From assembly GCA_036229005.1 (NCBI GenBank), contig JAZAMN010000041.1:1-30451 (forward strand): a stretch of 30,451 nt of DNA, read 5' to 3'. The position numbers and the translations under genes are program-made. Of the stretch, positions 1 to 8,756 are shown piece after piece (positions within the stretch are counted from its first letter, which is position 1; each line of letters starts with the position of its first letter). This DNA comes from Myxococcota bacterium (GTDB taxonomy: Bacteria > Myxococcota_A > UBA796 > CAJQPC01). The notes under the pieces were generated by a model. That model had not been told where the DNA came from, searched no databases, and was given only the letters and a program-made list of their open reading frames with translations.

Positions 1-1
1 A

Positions 2-95
2 CTCAGCACGAGCCGGGGCTCCCTCGGGGAGCCCCGCTGAGGGGGTGTGGGGGCCTGGCCCCCACAAGACAAGTGAGTTCGCTCCGCGAACTCAC
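2..95. repeat. Cluster of three GC-rich hairpins downstream of metK (REP-like element and/or terminator)
   Basis: Perfect inverted repeats: CGGGGCTCCC(14-23)/GGGAGCCCCG(27-36), extended by CTCAGC(2-7)/GCTGAG(36-41); TGTGGGGGCC(46-55)/GGCCCCCACA(57-66); GTGAGTTCGC(73-82)/GCGAACTCAC(86-95), which overlaps the metK stop. Confidence 0.6.
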
Positions 96-1249
96 CCCAC
101 GAAGGCCTTGACCTCGTCGACCTTGTCCAAGCGCTCCCAAGGCAGACCGTCGCGACCAAAGTGGCCGTAGGCCGCGGTGTTGCGGTAGATCGGCGCCTTG
201 AGGCCCAGGTGGGCGATGAGCTCGGCGGGCTTGGTGGGGAACACGGCGCGGACGCACTCGGCCAGGCGCTCGTCGGGGATGACGCCGGTGCCGTAGGTGT
301 CGACCATGACGGACACAGGCGCGGCGACGCCGATGGCGTAGGCGAGCTGGACCAGGCAGCGCTCAGCGGCGCCGGCGGCGACGATGTTCTTGGCGATGTA
401 GCGGCCCAGGTAGGCGGCGGAGCGGTCCACCTTGGAGGGGTCCTTGCCGGAGAAGGCGCCGCCACCGTGGGCACCGTGGCCGCCGTAGGTGTCGACGATG
501 ATCTTGCGGCCGGTCAGGCCAGCATCGCCCATGGGACCGCCCACCACGAAGCGCCCGGTGGGGTTGACGTGGTAGATGGTGTGCTCGTCCAGCAGGTCGG
601 CGGGGATGACCGCGGGGACCAGGTCCTTGACCACGTAGCGCTCGATCTCCTCGCTGGAGACCTCCTCCGAGTGCTGGGTGGACACGACCACGGTGTGGAT
701 GCGCACGGGCTTGCCGCCCTTGTACTCCACGGTCACCTGCGACTTGGAGTCGGGACGCAGCCAGTCGATCCCGCCCTTGCGGTCAGCCGCCATCTTCTCG
801 ACCAGGCGGTGCGAGAAGTGGATGCTCATGGGCATCAGCTCTTCGGTCTCGGTGCAGGCGTAGCCGAACATCATGCCCTGGTCACCAGCGCCCTGCTCCG
901 CGTGCTTGCCGTCGTTCTCGTTGACGCCCTGGGCGATGTCCGGGGACTGCTGCTCGACCGCGACCATGATGGCGCAGGTGCTGCCGTCGAAGCCCTTGCC
1001 CGAGTGGTCGTAGCCGATCTCGTTGACCACCTTGCGGACCAGGGGGGGGATGTCCACCACGCCCTTGGAGGTGATCTCGCCAGCGACGCACACAAAGCCC
1101 GTCTTCACCATGGTCTCGCAGGCCACCCGGCTGTTGGGGTCCTGGGCCAGGAAGGCGTCCAGGATGGCGTCGGAGATCTGGTCGCACATCTTGTCGGGGT
1201 GCCCCTCGGAGACGGACTCAGAGGTGAAGAGGAAGTTCTCGAGCGCCAT
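92..1249 (-). CDS. metK: S-adenosylmethionine synthetase (methionine adenosyltransferase)
   Basis: Signature motifs [44 protein letters not shown]; 385 aa. Confidence 0.99.
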   Translation of the reverse strand: MALENFLFTSESVSEGHPDKMCDQISDAILDAFLAQDPNSRVACETMVKTGFVCVAGEITSKGVVDIPPLVRKVVNEIGYDHSGKGFDGSTCAIMVAVEQQSPDIAQGVNENDGKHAEQGAGDQGMMFGYACTETEELMPMSIHFSHRLVEKMAADRKGGIDWLRPDSKSQVTVEYKGGKPVRIHTVVVSTQHSEEVSSEEIERYVVKDLVPAVIPADLLDEHTIYHVNPTGRFVVGGPMGDAGLTGRKIIVDTYGGHGAHGGGAFSGKDPSKVDRSAAYLGRYIAKNIVAAGAAERCLVQLAYAIGVAAPVSVMVDTYGTGVIPDERLAECVRAVFPTKPAELIAHLGLKAPIYRNTAAYGHFGRDGLPWERLDKVDEVKAFVG

Positions 1250-1292
1250 GATTTCTCTCTTTGAAGTGCTGCTGCGTCGGGCTGGTGTTCAG

Positions 1293-1334
1293 ATTGACGC
1301 TTCGCCGTATTCGATTCAGGCGATGCGCGTCAAT
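1293..1334 (-). promoter_or_regulatory. Interrupted inverted repeat in the metK upstream region (operator or RNA hairpin)
   Basis: ATTGACGC(1293-1300)/GCGTCAAT(1327-1334) encloses TCGCC(1302-1306)/GGCGA(1319-1323); the distal arm reads TTGACG (-35-like) on the metK strand. Confidence 0.4.
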
Positions 1335-1387
1335 AGACCGTCACAGTGGCCGGGTTGCGCCCTTGGGCGAAGAAGCTGCCATTCGCC

Positions 1388-1642
1388 CTATTCGGGCAGT
1401 GTGTCCTCGCTGGCGGCCTTCCGGTCGCGCCAGGTGTTGAAGACCGCGATGATCAAGGTGATCCCTCCAATCCCGAGCAACACAAGCACCGTCTTCTCCC
1501 CCTGGGCCGCCAGGTCCCCAGCGGTGGCCGGGAAGAGCTTGTCCATCATGGGGAAGAGGATGACGCGATCGGCACGCGTGGTGTTCAGATAGTGAACCAG
1601 GCCAGCGGTGCCGAAGAAGACGATGGGGGGCAGGAATCTCAC
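1388..1642 (-). CDS. Small membrane protein, two predicted TM helices (about 84 aa)
   Basis: Hydrophobic segments FLPPIVFFGTAGLVHYL and VLVLLGIGGITLIIAVF; GTG start at 1642 chosen because TACCCT lies 6 nt upstream; the longer 1915 start overlaps the divergent gene. Confidence 0.6.
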   Translation of the reverse strand: MRFLPPIVFFGTAGLVHYLNTTRADRVILFPMMDKLFPATAGDLAAQGEKTVLVLLGIGGITLIIAVFNTWRDRKAASEDTLPE

Positions 1643-1694
1643 CGCCGCAGGGTACCAAGCCTTGCCCCTTGGGGTCTGGGAGCTAAGCGTTGCC

Positions 1695-2042
1695 ATGTTC
1701 CGAGACGACCTGCTCATGCGCCAGATCCGCCAGCTCGCCGAGGCCATCGCGAAGGCTCTGGGGGTGGTCGCCGAGGGCAGAGCCGCCCAAGCCGAGGGCG
1801 AGTTCGACGCGCTCTGCGGGCAACACACCGGGCTTGGCCTGCGCACCCTGGCCGCGATGCCCCTGCCGCAGCTCCGCTTGATGGCCACCACCAGCGAGGG
1901 CCTGGATCCCGTCAAGGCCCTGACCCTGGCGACGCTGCTGGACGGGGCCGCCGAGCTCTACGGCCGCCCGGAGCTGACGGAGCGGGCCGCAGCGCTGCGG
2001 GCACTCAGCCTGCAGTCAGACCCCAGCCTGTCCGAAGGTTAA
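1695..2042 (+). CDS. Hypothetical helical protein, DUF6483-like
   Basis: N-terminus MFRDDLLMRQIRQLAEAIAKALG resembles the 'DYxMRxIxQ' start of DUF6483-type proteins; GC3-rich codons from 1695. Confidence 0.6.
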   Translation: MFRDDLLMRQIRQLAEAIAKALGVVAEGRAAQAEGEFDALCGQHTGLGLRTLAAMPLPQLRLMATTSEGLDPVKALTLATLLDGAAELYGRPELTERAAALRALSLQSDPSLSEG

Positions 2043-2070
2043 GCCTGTCAGACAGCAGCACGGAGAGCAG

Positions 2071-3135
2071 ATGCGCGTCGCCATGATCGGCCCCGACCTG
2101 GAGGCCCAGGGGGGTATCGCCACCCTGGCCCGCACCTTCATCGAGGCCAAGGCCATGGAGGGCGTGGAGATCCGCTACTTCCCCAGCGTGGGCGAGGGCT
2201 CCAAGCTGCGCAAGGTCGCCCAGATGGCCAAGGGCCAGGCGGCCTTCCTCAAGGGGGTGCTGGGGGACTGGAAGCCCGATCTGGTGCACATCCACGTGGC
2301 CGACGGCGTCAGCTTCTACCGCAAGCTCGTGTACTTCAACCAGGCCCGCGCGATGGGCCTGCCGGTCATCCTGCACAACAACTTCGCCTTCCTGGAGGAC
2401 CTGGTCGCCAAGAGCCCGGTCCACGAGTCCCTGGTGCGCCGCGCGTACTCCGAGGCCACCCAGGTGCACGTGGTCAGCCACGACATGGCCAACAACATCC
2501 GCGAGTGGACGGACGGGCAGGCCAACATCCGCGTGCTCTTCAACCCCGTCCCCGCCGACGGCATCCCCTACCCCGGGCCCCGCGGCCCCAAGGAGTCGCC
2601 GGTCATCCTGTTCATGGGCCGGGTGGGTGAGCGCAAGGGCATCTTCGACCTTATCCGCGCGATGCCGGAGATCAGCGCCCGGGTGCCCAAGGTCCGGCTC
2701 AAGGTGGGAGGAGACGGCGAGCTGGTGCGCCTCAATCAGGAGATCGCCACCAACAACCTGGAGCCCCATGTCGACGTGTTGGGCTGGATCTCCGGCGAGG
2801 ACAGGCTGGCGGCTTACGCGGACGCGGACCTGTACTGCCTGCCCTCCTACGCCGAGGGCCTGCCCGTCTCCGTGCTGGAGGCGATGGCCGCCGGACTCCC
2901 CGTGGTGAGCACCACCGCGGACGGCATCCCCGACGCGGTGATGGACGGCGAGACCGGCCTGCTCTTCGAGGCCGGAGACATCGGCGCGCTGGCCGAGAAG
3001 GTGGTCACGCTGCTGCAGGACCCCGAGCGCCGGGACGCCATGGGCACCGCTGGCCGCAAGCGCGTGCTGGAGGTCTTTGACGGGGAGATCCTGGCCGGGA
3101 CCCTGCGGGGCTACTGGGAGGAGTGCCTGAGCTGA
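2071..3135 (+). CDS. Glycosyltransferase family 4 (GT-B fold)
   Basis: GGI N-terminal motif, FMGRVGERKG, PSYAEGLPVSVLEAMAAGLPVV (E-x7-E), GETGLLF; GGAG RBS. Confidence 0.93.
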   Translation: MRVAMIGPDLEAQGGIATLARTFIEAKAMEGVEIRYFPSVGEGSKLRKVAQMAKGQAAFLKGVLGDWKPDLVHIHVADGVSFYRKLVYFNQARAMGLPVILHNNFAFLEDLVAKSPVHESLVRRAYSEATQVHVVSHDMANNIREWTDGQANIRVLFNPVPADGIPYPGPRGPKESPVILFMGRVGERKGIFDLIRAMPEISARVPKVRLKVGGDGELVRLNQEIATNNLEPHVDVLGWISGEDRLAAYADADLYCLPSYAEGLPVSVLEAMAAGLPVVSTTADGIPDAVMDGETGLLFEAGDIGALAEKVVTLLQDPERRDAMGTAGRKRVLEVFDGEILAGTLRGYWEECLS

Positions 3136-3147
3136 CCCCCCTGGGTC

Positions 3148-3726
3148 CTATTGGCAGTAGTCCACCTGCGCGACCCCGTGCATCGCACCAGAGATCAGGA
3201 TCTCATCGGAGTACTCATCTGGTGTGAAGCCAGCGAACGCGACGCTCGGGATGACGCCCTCGGGGACCGCATCCGCATCGCAGCCCTGGTAGCGCCCCGA
3301 GCCAAACACCGCGTCGATGGGCCACTGGGGGTCGAAGTCGGAGAGCCACACGCTCAGCTGGTGCCGGCGGTCGTTGGGCACCATGCCGGCGCCGCAGGCA
3401 ACGAAGCTCTGCTGGTCGAGCGCCGCGTCCTCCAGGGCGGCCTCGATGCCACCGCAGCTATTGTCGTAGGAGGACGGGAAGGTGTTGCCGTAGTCGTCTT
3501 CGATCTCGTCCGTGGAGCAGTCCGGGCCTGCCGTCGAGGTGTAGGCGTGCACATAGAGCCACTCGACCCCATCGGCGTCGGTGCACTGAAAGCCCAGCAC
3601 CTTGGAGGCCCGGAAGGAGAAGTCTGGCGCCAACGCGTCGCCGTATTCGAAGTGCCCGATGGGGTCACTGGGGTCGGACAGCGACGAGAACAGCCCCTCG
3701 GCGCAGCCCAGGGCGAGCAGCAGCAT
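3148..3726 (-). CDS. Cys-rich putative lipoprotein B' (paralog of 4310-4978)
   Basis: MLLLALGC start 1 nt after the upstream TGA; shares FEYGD..APD.SF, WLYVHA, GMVPN..RHQ, FTPD.YSDE.L.SG..HGVA.V.YC with the 4310-4978 product. Confidence 0.75.
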   Translation of the reverse strand: MLLLALGCAEGLFSSLSDPSDPIGHFEYGDALAPDFSFRASKVLGFQCTDADGVEWLYVHAYTSTAGPDCSTDEIEDDYGNTFPSSYDNSCGGIEAALEDAALDQQSFVACGAGMVPNDRRHQLSVWLSDFDPQWPIDAVFGSGRYQGCDADAVPEGVIPSVAFAGFTPDEYSDEILISGAMHGVAQVDYCQ

Positions 3727-3727
3727 C

Positions 3728-4243
3728 TCAGCCCCCCACGCAGAGGTGATCGATGAACAGCGGGACATGGTCCGAGCCGCTGGAGCGCGCCCAGTGGTCC
3801 TGGCCCTCGGGGTCACCGAACTCCAGGTCCCAGGTCATGGTCGTGTACCACTCCGCGAAGGGGTCGCAGGGGTCGTCATCCAGCAGGGTGTCCCCGATCT
3901 CAAGGGTCCCCGAGGTCAACCCAGCGGAGAGGGTGCAGCCCTCTGTCGAGAGGTAGCAGGTAGCGGCCGACAGGGTCCCGTCTTCAGCGGAGAGGACCGT
4001 CCCCTCTCGGAGCTGGTCGGCCGCGAAGCCGCCCCGGATCTCCCACGGCCACACGTCGTTTCCGACCTCGGCGTCCAGCCACAGGTAGATGGTCGCGCCG
4101 TCGTCGCTCTGACTCGCCCAGCTCCCCAGGCTGGGGCCGCACTCCTCGCCGCCCGAGGCGCTGAGCTCACCCGCGTTGTTGTACTCCGTGGAGCCGCAGC
4201 GGCAGCCCAGAACGACCAACAAGAACACAGCGCAAACCTCCAT
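3728..4243 (-). CDS. Cys-rich putative exported protein A' (paralog of 4975-5466)
   Basis: Hydrophobic N-terminus FLLVVLGCRC; shares LREG..LS...GTLS..TCYL, SA.L..GTL..GDT.L..DPCD..A.W.TT..W.LEFG.P, WARS.G.D with 4975-5466; TATCTT 8 nt upstream of the ATG. Confidence 0.75.
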   Translation of the reverse strand: MEVCAVFLLVVLGCRCGSTEYNNAGELSASGGEECGPSLGSWASQSDDGATIYLWLDAEVGNDVWPWEIRGGFAADQLREGTVLSAEDGTLSAATCYLSTEGCTLSAGLTSGTLEIGDTLLDDDPCDPFAEWYTTMTWDLEFGDPEGQDHWARSSGSDHVPLFIDHLCVGG

Positions 4244-4309
4244 TCCCCGGCAAGATAGCCCCAAGTCCCCCGCGGGGCTCGCGGAGGGCTGGCAGAGGAA
4301 TCGGGCCCC

Positions 4310-4978
4310 TCAGAAGCAGTACTCCACCTCCGCGACCCCGTGGACACTCCCGCTCACCAGCAGCTCGTCCGAATAGAGGTCGGGCGTGAAGAAGGCGTCC
4401 GTGATGCTGGGGTTGAGCCCGGCGGGGACCGCGTCGTCGTCGCAGCTCTTGTAGGTGCCGCTGACATAGGCGGCGTCCATGGGCCAGCGCCGGTCGAAGC
4501 CAGAGAACCACAGCCCGATCTGGTGACGGCCGTTGTTGGGGACCATGCCCTCCCCGCAGGTGAGCGGGCCGGTGCTCAGGCCCTCGACCTGGGCGAAGGC
4601 GTCGCTGACCTGGCCGCAGCGGATGTTGTAGTTGTCCTGCAGCTCTCCTCGCTGGGGGCCGGTGTCCCAGGTGTCTGAGGGGCCGGTGTCCCGGGCGGTG
4701 TCCCAAGACGTGTCGAAGCCCCCGAAGAGGCCCGTCTCCCCCTCCTCGAAGAGAGAGAAGCCGTCGTCGCAGTCCCCGCCGGTGGTCGTGGTCGCCGCGT
4801 GGACGTAGAGCCACTTGACGCCCTGGGGGTCTGTGCACTCCACGCCCACGACGTCCCAGGCCCAGAAGCTGTAGTCCGGGGCCTCGCTGTCGCCGTACTC
4901 GAAGCGCGAGAGGCCATCGCGGCCGTCGACCCAGGCGGAGACGCGCTGGCAGGCCAGCAGGGTGAGCAGCAGGGTCAC
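4310..4978 (-). CDS. Cys-rich putative lipoprotein B with internal DT(G)-repeat insert
   Basis: GTG start overlaps the upstream stop (GTGA); MTLLLTLLAC lipobox; insert FDTSWDTARDTGPSDTWDTGP is absent from paralog B'. Confidence 0.78.
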   Translation of the reverse strand: MTLLLTLLACQRVSAWVDGRDGLSRFEYGDSEAPDYSFWAWDVVGVECTDPQGVKWLYVHAATTTTGGDCDDGFSLFEEGETGLFGGFDTSWDTARDTGPSDTWDTGPQRGELQDNYNIRCGQVSDAFAQVEGLSTGPLTCGEGMVPNNGRHQIGLWFSGFDRRWPMDAAYVSGTYKSCDDDAVPAGLNPSITDAFFTPDLYSDELLVSGSVHGVAEVEYCF

Positions 4979-5466
4979 GGGGCCACGCAGAGGGCGGAGA
5001 TGCTCAGGGAGAGGGCGTCATCGCCGGTGGAGCGCGCCCAGGGCTGCTCGGAGCCGGGCTCGCCGAACTCCAGCGCCCACTCCAGGGTGGTGAGCCAGTC
5101 GGCGCCCAGGTCGCAGGGGTCCTCCCGCAGCTCGGTGTCCCCGACGCTGAGGGTCCCGCCGCTGAGGGCCGCGCTGTGCTCGCAGGTCTCGCCCTGCAGG
5201 TAGCAGGTGCGTCCGCTGAGGGTGCCCGCGTCCACGGAGAGCTCGGCGCCCTCCCGCAGAGCGCTGCGCTCGGTCTCCAGCTCGATCCGCCAGGCGCGCG
5301 CGGCATAGCCGACGTCCGCGTTCAGGGTCAGGTGCACGCGGTTCTGGTCGTCGATGCGGCCCGAGCTGCCCTGGGCGTGGCCGCACTGCTCGCTGCCCTT
5401 GGCGGCCTGCGCGCCCCCGAACTCGGTCTCACCACAGGAGCAGGAGATCAGGGCGAGCAGCAGCAA
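4975..5466 (-). CDS. Cys-rich putative lipoprotein A
   Basis: TTG start 3 nt after the WecB-family stop; MLLLALISCSC; clear paralog of 3728-4243. Confidence 0.75.
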   Translation of the reverse strand: MLLLALISCSCGETEFGGAQAAKGSEQCGHAQGSSGRIDDQNRVHLTLNADVGYAARAWRIELETERSALREGAELSVDAGTLSGRTCYLQGETCEHSAALSGGTLSVGDTELREDPCDLGADWLTTLEWALEFGEPGSEQPWARSTGDDALSLSISALCVAP

Positions 5467-5469
5467 AGG

Positions 5470-6261
5470 TCAGTCCTTGGGGTAGCGTCCGGTGGCCTCG
5501 TAGTAGGCCTGCTTGGCCAACATACCCAGGAACTTGGAGTCTTCGACCAGATAGCGCTTGTACATGCGCTTGGGCTCCTGCCACAGGCGGTAGGTCCACT
5601 CGATCCCGGCCTTGGCCATCCACTGGGGTGCGCGGTCGTAGACCCCCGCGGCGATGTCGAAGCTGCCGCCCACGCCGAGCACAAAACCGACCTTGGCCAG
5701 GGCCTCGCGGTTGCGGTCCACGAACTCCTCCTTCTTGGGGGAGGAGATGGCGATGAAGAGGAGCTGGGCGCCGCTCTCCTGGATCTGGCGGGCGATCTCG
5801 GGCTCGTCGGCGCGGTCGTAGTAGCCGTGGTGGTGGCCGACGATCTGGAGGCCGGGGTGGCGCTCCAGGTAGACCTCGCGGGCCTTCTCCAGGATCTCCG
5901 GCTTGGTGCCCAGCAGGAAGACCTTGTAGCCCTTCTGCGCGGCCACAGGGAGCAGAGCCTCAAAGAGGTCGATGCCGGCCACGCGCTCGGGGAGCTTCTT
6001 GCCAAAGAGCTTGGAGGCCCACACCACGGGGGTGCCGTCGGCGGTGACCAGATCGCAGATCCCGACGATCTCCTTGAAGTAGGGCTCGTCCTTCATCTTG
6101 ACGAGCTGGTCGACGTTCACGCCGATGCCCTGGTGCATGCGCCCGCTGGCGATGAACTGCTCGACCCGGGCCACGGCCGAGTCCATGTCCACCACGTCGA
6201 AGCGGCAACCAAAGAGGTCGACCTGCTCGGGGGCGGTGCCGGGGATCTGCTCTTCACGCAT
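5470..6261 (-). CDS. WecB/TagA/CpsF family glycosyltransferase (GT26)
   Basis: Motifs TADGTPVVWAS, PERVAGIDL, HHHGYY, SPKKEEF, GVGGSFD, RAPQWM..AGIEWTYRLWQEPKRMYKRY; ATG 6261 with GGAG RBS. Confidence 0.93.
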   Translation of the reverse strand: MREEQIPGTAPEQVDLFGCRFDVVDMDSAVARVEQFIASGRMHQGIGVNVDQLVKMKDEPYFKEIVGICDLVTADGTPVVWASKLFGKKLPERVAGIDLFEALLPVAAQKGYKVFLLGTKPEILEKAREVYLERHPGLQIVGHHHGYYDRADEPEIARQIQESGAQLLFIAISSPKKEEFVDRNREALAKVGFVLGVGGSFDIAAGVYDRAPQWMAKAGIEWTYRLWQEPKRMYKRYLVEDSKFLGMLAKQAYYEATGRYPKD

Positions 6262-6326
6262 GTCCAAACTCCAGTCTCAAGCTCGCTTTGGTGGCGGCAC
6301 CGAGCACCCGGCGCCGCCCAGACGAA

Positions 6327-7415
6327 TCAGCCGCAGTCCACATCGGAGGCCTTGGCCTCCTTGTCCTTGTCGAAGGCGCGGACGGCAGAGGAGGCGCCGG
6401 GCTCGAAGCCGTTGTAGGCCTCGATGCGCTCCCAGTTCTCCTTCATCCAGGCGATCTGCTCCATCAGGCCCTCGCGGAAGTCCTTGTCCGGGTTGTAGCC
6501 CAGCAGGCGGCCGGCCTTGGAGACATCGGCGCGCAGGCGCTTCTTGGTGTCCCACTTGCGGACGTTGGCCCACTTGATGCCGGTGGGGTTCTCGGTGGCC
6601 TCGTTGATCATCTCGGCCAGGTCCTTGATGGTGGTCTCCCGGCCGCTGGCCAGGTTGAACTCCTCACCGATGGCCTTGGGGTTCGTGCCGGCGCGCAGCA
6701 GACCGTCCACGATGTCGCCCACGTAGGTGAAGTCGCGGGTCTCTTCCCCCGTGCCGGTGATCGGCAGGGCCTGCCCCTTCATCGCCCAGTAGGTGAAGTT
6801 GGGGATGACGTTCCGGTACTGCCCGGGGATCTCGCCAGGACCGTAGCTGTTGAAGAAGCGGGCCTTGACGATGGGCAGGTCGAAGTGGTGCCAGAAGAAG
6901 TTGCCGTAGAGCTCGCCCAGCATCTTGGTGATCTGGTAGGGCGTGGTCAGGTGCATGCTCATGAACTCCTCGGTCAGGGGCAGCGGGGCCGAGGAGCCGT
7001 AGATGCTGCAGCCGGACGAGGCGTACACGAAGCGGTCGACGCCGCGGAGCACCGAGTACTCCATCAGGCGCAGGGTCCCCATGCCGTTGACCATCAGGTC
7101 GTGCTCGGGGTGGTCGACGGAGTTCTGGTTGGCGAAGAAGGCGGCCAGGTGGAACACGATGTCCGGCTTCTCGAGGAAGATGCGCTTGAGCATCACCTCG
7201 TCCTGGATGTCACCTTCGACAAAGATGACGTTGGGCAGGCTGGGGATGTTCCAGCGGGCCGAGGCCACCAGGTTGTCGAGGATCAGGACCTTCTTGCAGA
7301 GGGGCGCGACGGCCTTGACCAGGTTCGAGCCGATGGCACCGGCGCCGCCGGTGATGAACACGGTCTTGTCCTTGTAGGCGCTGATGTGGTCGAAGCCTTC
7401 GTGCAACTCAGCCAT
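6327..7415 (-). CDS. NAD-dependent nucleotide-sugar epimerase/dehydratase (extended SDR)
   Basis: TGGAGAIG Rossmann motif, FHLAA, YASS, YQITK (YxxxK), RFFNSYGPGE, TRDFTYVGD; ATG 7415 with GAGG RBS. Confidence 0.93.
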   Translation of the reverse strand: MAELHEGFDHISAYKDKTVFITGGAGAIGSNLVKAVAPLCKKVLILDNLVASARWNIPSLPNVIFVEGDIQDEVMLKRIFLEKPDIVFHLAAFFANQNSVDHPEHDLMVNGMGTLRLMEYSVLRGVDRFVYASSGCSIYGSSAPLPLTEEFMSMHLTTPYQITKMLGELYGNFFWHHFDLPIVKARFFNSYGPGEIPGQYRNVIPNFTYWAMKGQALPITGTGEETRDFTYVGDIVDGLLRAGTNPKAIGEEFNLASGRETTIKDLAEMINEATENPTGIKWANVRKWDTKKRLRADVSKAGRLLGYNPDKDFREGLMEQIAWMKENWERIEAYNGFEPGASSAVRAFDKDKEAKASDVDCG

Positions 7416-7522
7416 GGGGAACCTCACTCTGTATTCGGGATGACCCTTCTTGTAACCTCAGGGTAGACGACGGCAACGCGGGGTCGCAGCCTGAGGGTTT
7501 TTGGGGCGGAATGTCGCAGCCG

Positions 7523-7549
7523 CGTAACGCTCCCGGCCGCTGCTTCGTG
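7523..7549 (+). promoter_or_regulatory. Candidate ECF (ECF41-type) promoter of the oxidoreductase-sigma operon
   Basis: CGTAACG(7523-7529)-N16-CGTG(7546-7549) versus the reported ECF41 consensus TGTCACA-N16-CGTC; AAGGAG RBS at 7564-7569. Confidence 0.5.
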
Positions 7550-7574
7550 AAGGGGCCAGCACAAAGGAGCTGCC

Positions 7575-8756
7575 ATGCCCCCCACGGTGATCGTCGGGGC
7601 CGGAATCGCCGGCCTCACCGCTGCCCTGACACTGGTCCGCGCAGGCACCCCGGTGCGCATCCTGGACCGCGCCACCCCAGGCGGCCGCGCCCGCAGTCGA
7701 GTCCACAAGGATCGCATCCTCAACCTGGGGCCCCACGCGCTCTACCGCCAAGGCTCCCTGGCCCAGTGGCTGCGCGCTCAAGGCATCCCCGTCTCCGGCG
7801 CCGACCCCACACGGAAGCCCCAGCAGGCCTGGGTGGACGGCCGACTGCAGACCTTGCCGACGACTCCGGGGGCGCTGCTGACCACGCCGCTCCTCGCTGG
7901 TGGACGGGTGGCTGGACTGGCGCGGCTGCTGAGGCGGCCCAAGGGGTGTGGATCGGTGTCCGAGTGGCTGGCTCCCCTCCCCTCCCGCCCCCGCTCCCTG
8001 CTGGAGGGCTTCGTCCGCCTGAGCACCTACTGCCCGGATCTGGACGCCCTGGACGCACAGGCGGCCTGGGACCAACTGCAGCTCTCTACCCGCGGTGTGC
8101 GCTACCTGGATGGCGGCTGGCAGAGCCTGGTGGATGCCCTGCTCAGGGCCCTGGGAGAGGAGGGGGTCCGGGTGGAGAAGGCATCCGTCCACAACGTCCA
8201 GGCTGGGGCGGTGCACTCCGATCTCGGCACCCTCCCCGCCAGCGAGGTGATCCTGGCCCTGCCCCCAAGAGCCGCTGGCAAGCTGCTCGGCACCGCCTTC
8301 GAGGCCCACCCGGCGGAGGCGGCCTGCCTCTGCCTTGGGCTCTCTGAGCGCCCCAACGGACCCGGCTTCGTGCTGGATCTGGACGCGCCCCGCTATGCAG
8401 CGCTGCACTCGGACTCCGCAGCGCTGGGACCTGGCGCGGTGCTCCACTTGATGCACTACGCGCCGGGACCGGAGCGGCGGGCGGAGCTGGAGGCCTGGGC
8501 GGACCAGCTCTACCCGGGGTGGCGGGCGGTGGTGGAGACCCAGCGCTACAGCCCGCGACTGCTGGCCTGTGCGGGGACTCCAGCGGCCGGGCGGCCGCGA
8601 CAGAGCGTGCGCTATGCGCCGGGGATCCTGCTGGCCGGAGACTGGGTGGGGGCCCGCGGGATGCTGGCGGATGCGGCCTGCGCGAGCGGGCAGGAGGCGG
8701 CCAGCTTGGCGCTGCAGGCGCGCGCCGGGGCATCCTTGTCCCAGGAGCGTGGATGA
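7575..8756 (+). CDS. FAD-dependent oxidoreductase (amine oxidase/phytoene dehydrogenase-like)
   Basis: VIVGAGIAGLTAA dinucleotide-binding motif, GGRARS, NLGPHALY, YLDGGWQSLVDAL, LAGDWVG..GMLADAACASG. Confidence 0.88.
   Translation: MPPTVIVGAGIAGLTAALTLVRAGTPVRILDRATPGGRARSRVHKDRILNLGPHALYRQGSLAQWLRAQGIPVSGADPTRKPQQAWVDGRLQTLPTTPGALLTTPLLAGGRVAGLARLLRRPKGCGSVSEWLAPLPSRPRSLLEGFVRLSTYCPDLDALDAQAAWDQLQLSTRGVRYLDGGWQSLVDALLRALGEEGVRVEKASVHNVQAGAVHSDLGTLPASEVILALPPRAAGKLLGTAFEAHPAEAACLCLGLSERPNGPGFVLDLDAPRYAALHSDSAALGPGAVLHLMHYAPGPERRAELEAWADQLYPGWRAVVETQRYSPRLLACAGTPAAGRPRQSVRYAPGILLAGDWVGARGMLADAACASGQEAASLALQARAGASLSQERG

Noticed and set aside
1042..1049. G8 tract in metK (and A7 at 25033-25039) as phase-variation sites
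   Set aside because: metK is in frame and is a housekeeping gene; the A-tract is intergenic and short.
1694..1697. Divergent genes sharing a palindromic CATG start (minus 1696 / plus 1695)
   Set aside because: It leaves no room for promoters; GTG 1642 with a -10 box is a more plausible start for the minus gene.
161..7466. Plus-strand ORFs 161-1264, 5176-6417 and 6288-7466
   Set aside because: They lie antisense to metK, the WecB/TagA gene and the epimerase, which carry clear family motifs.
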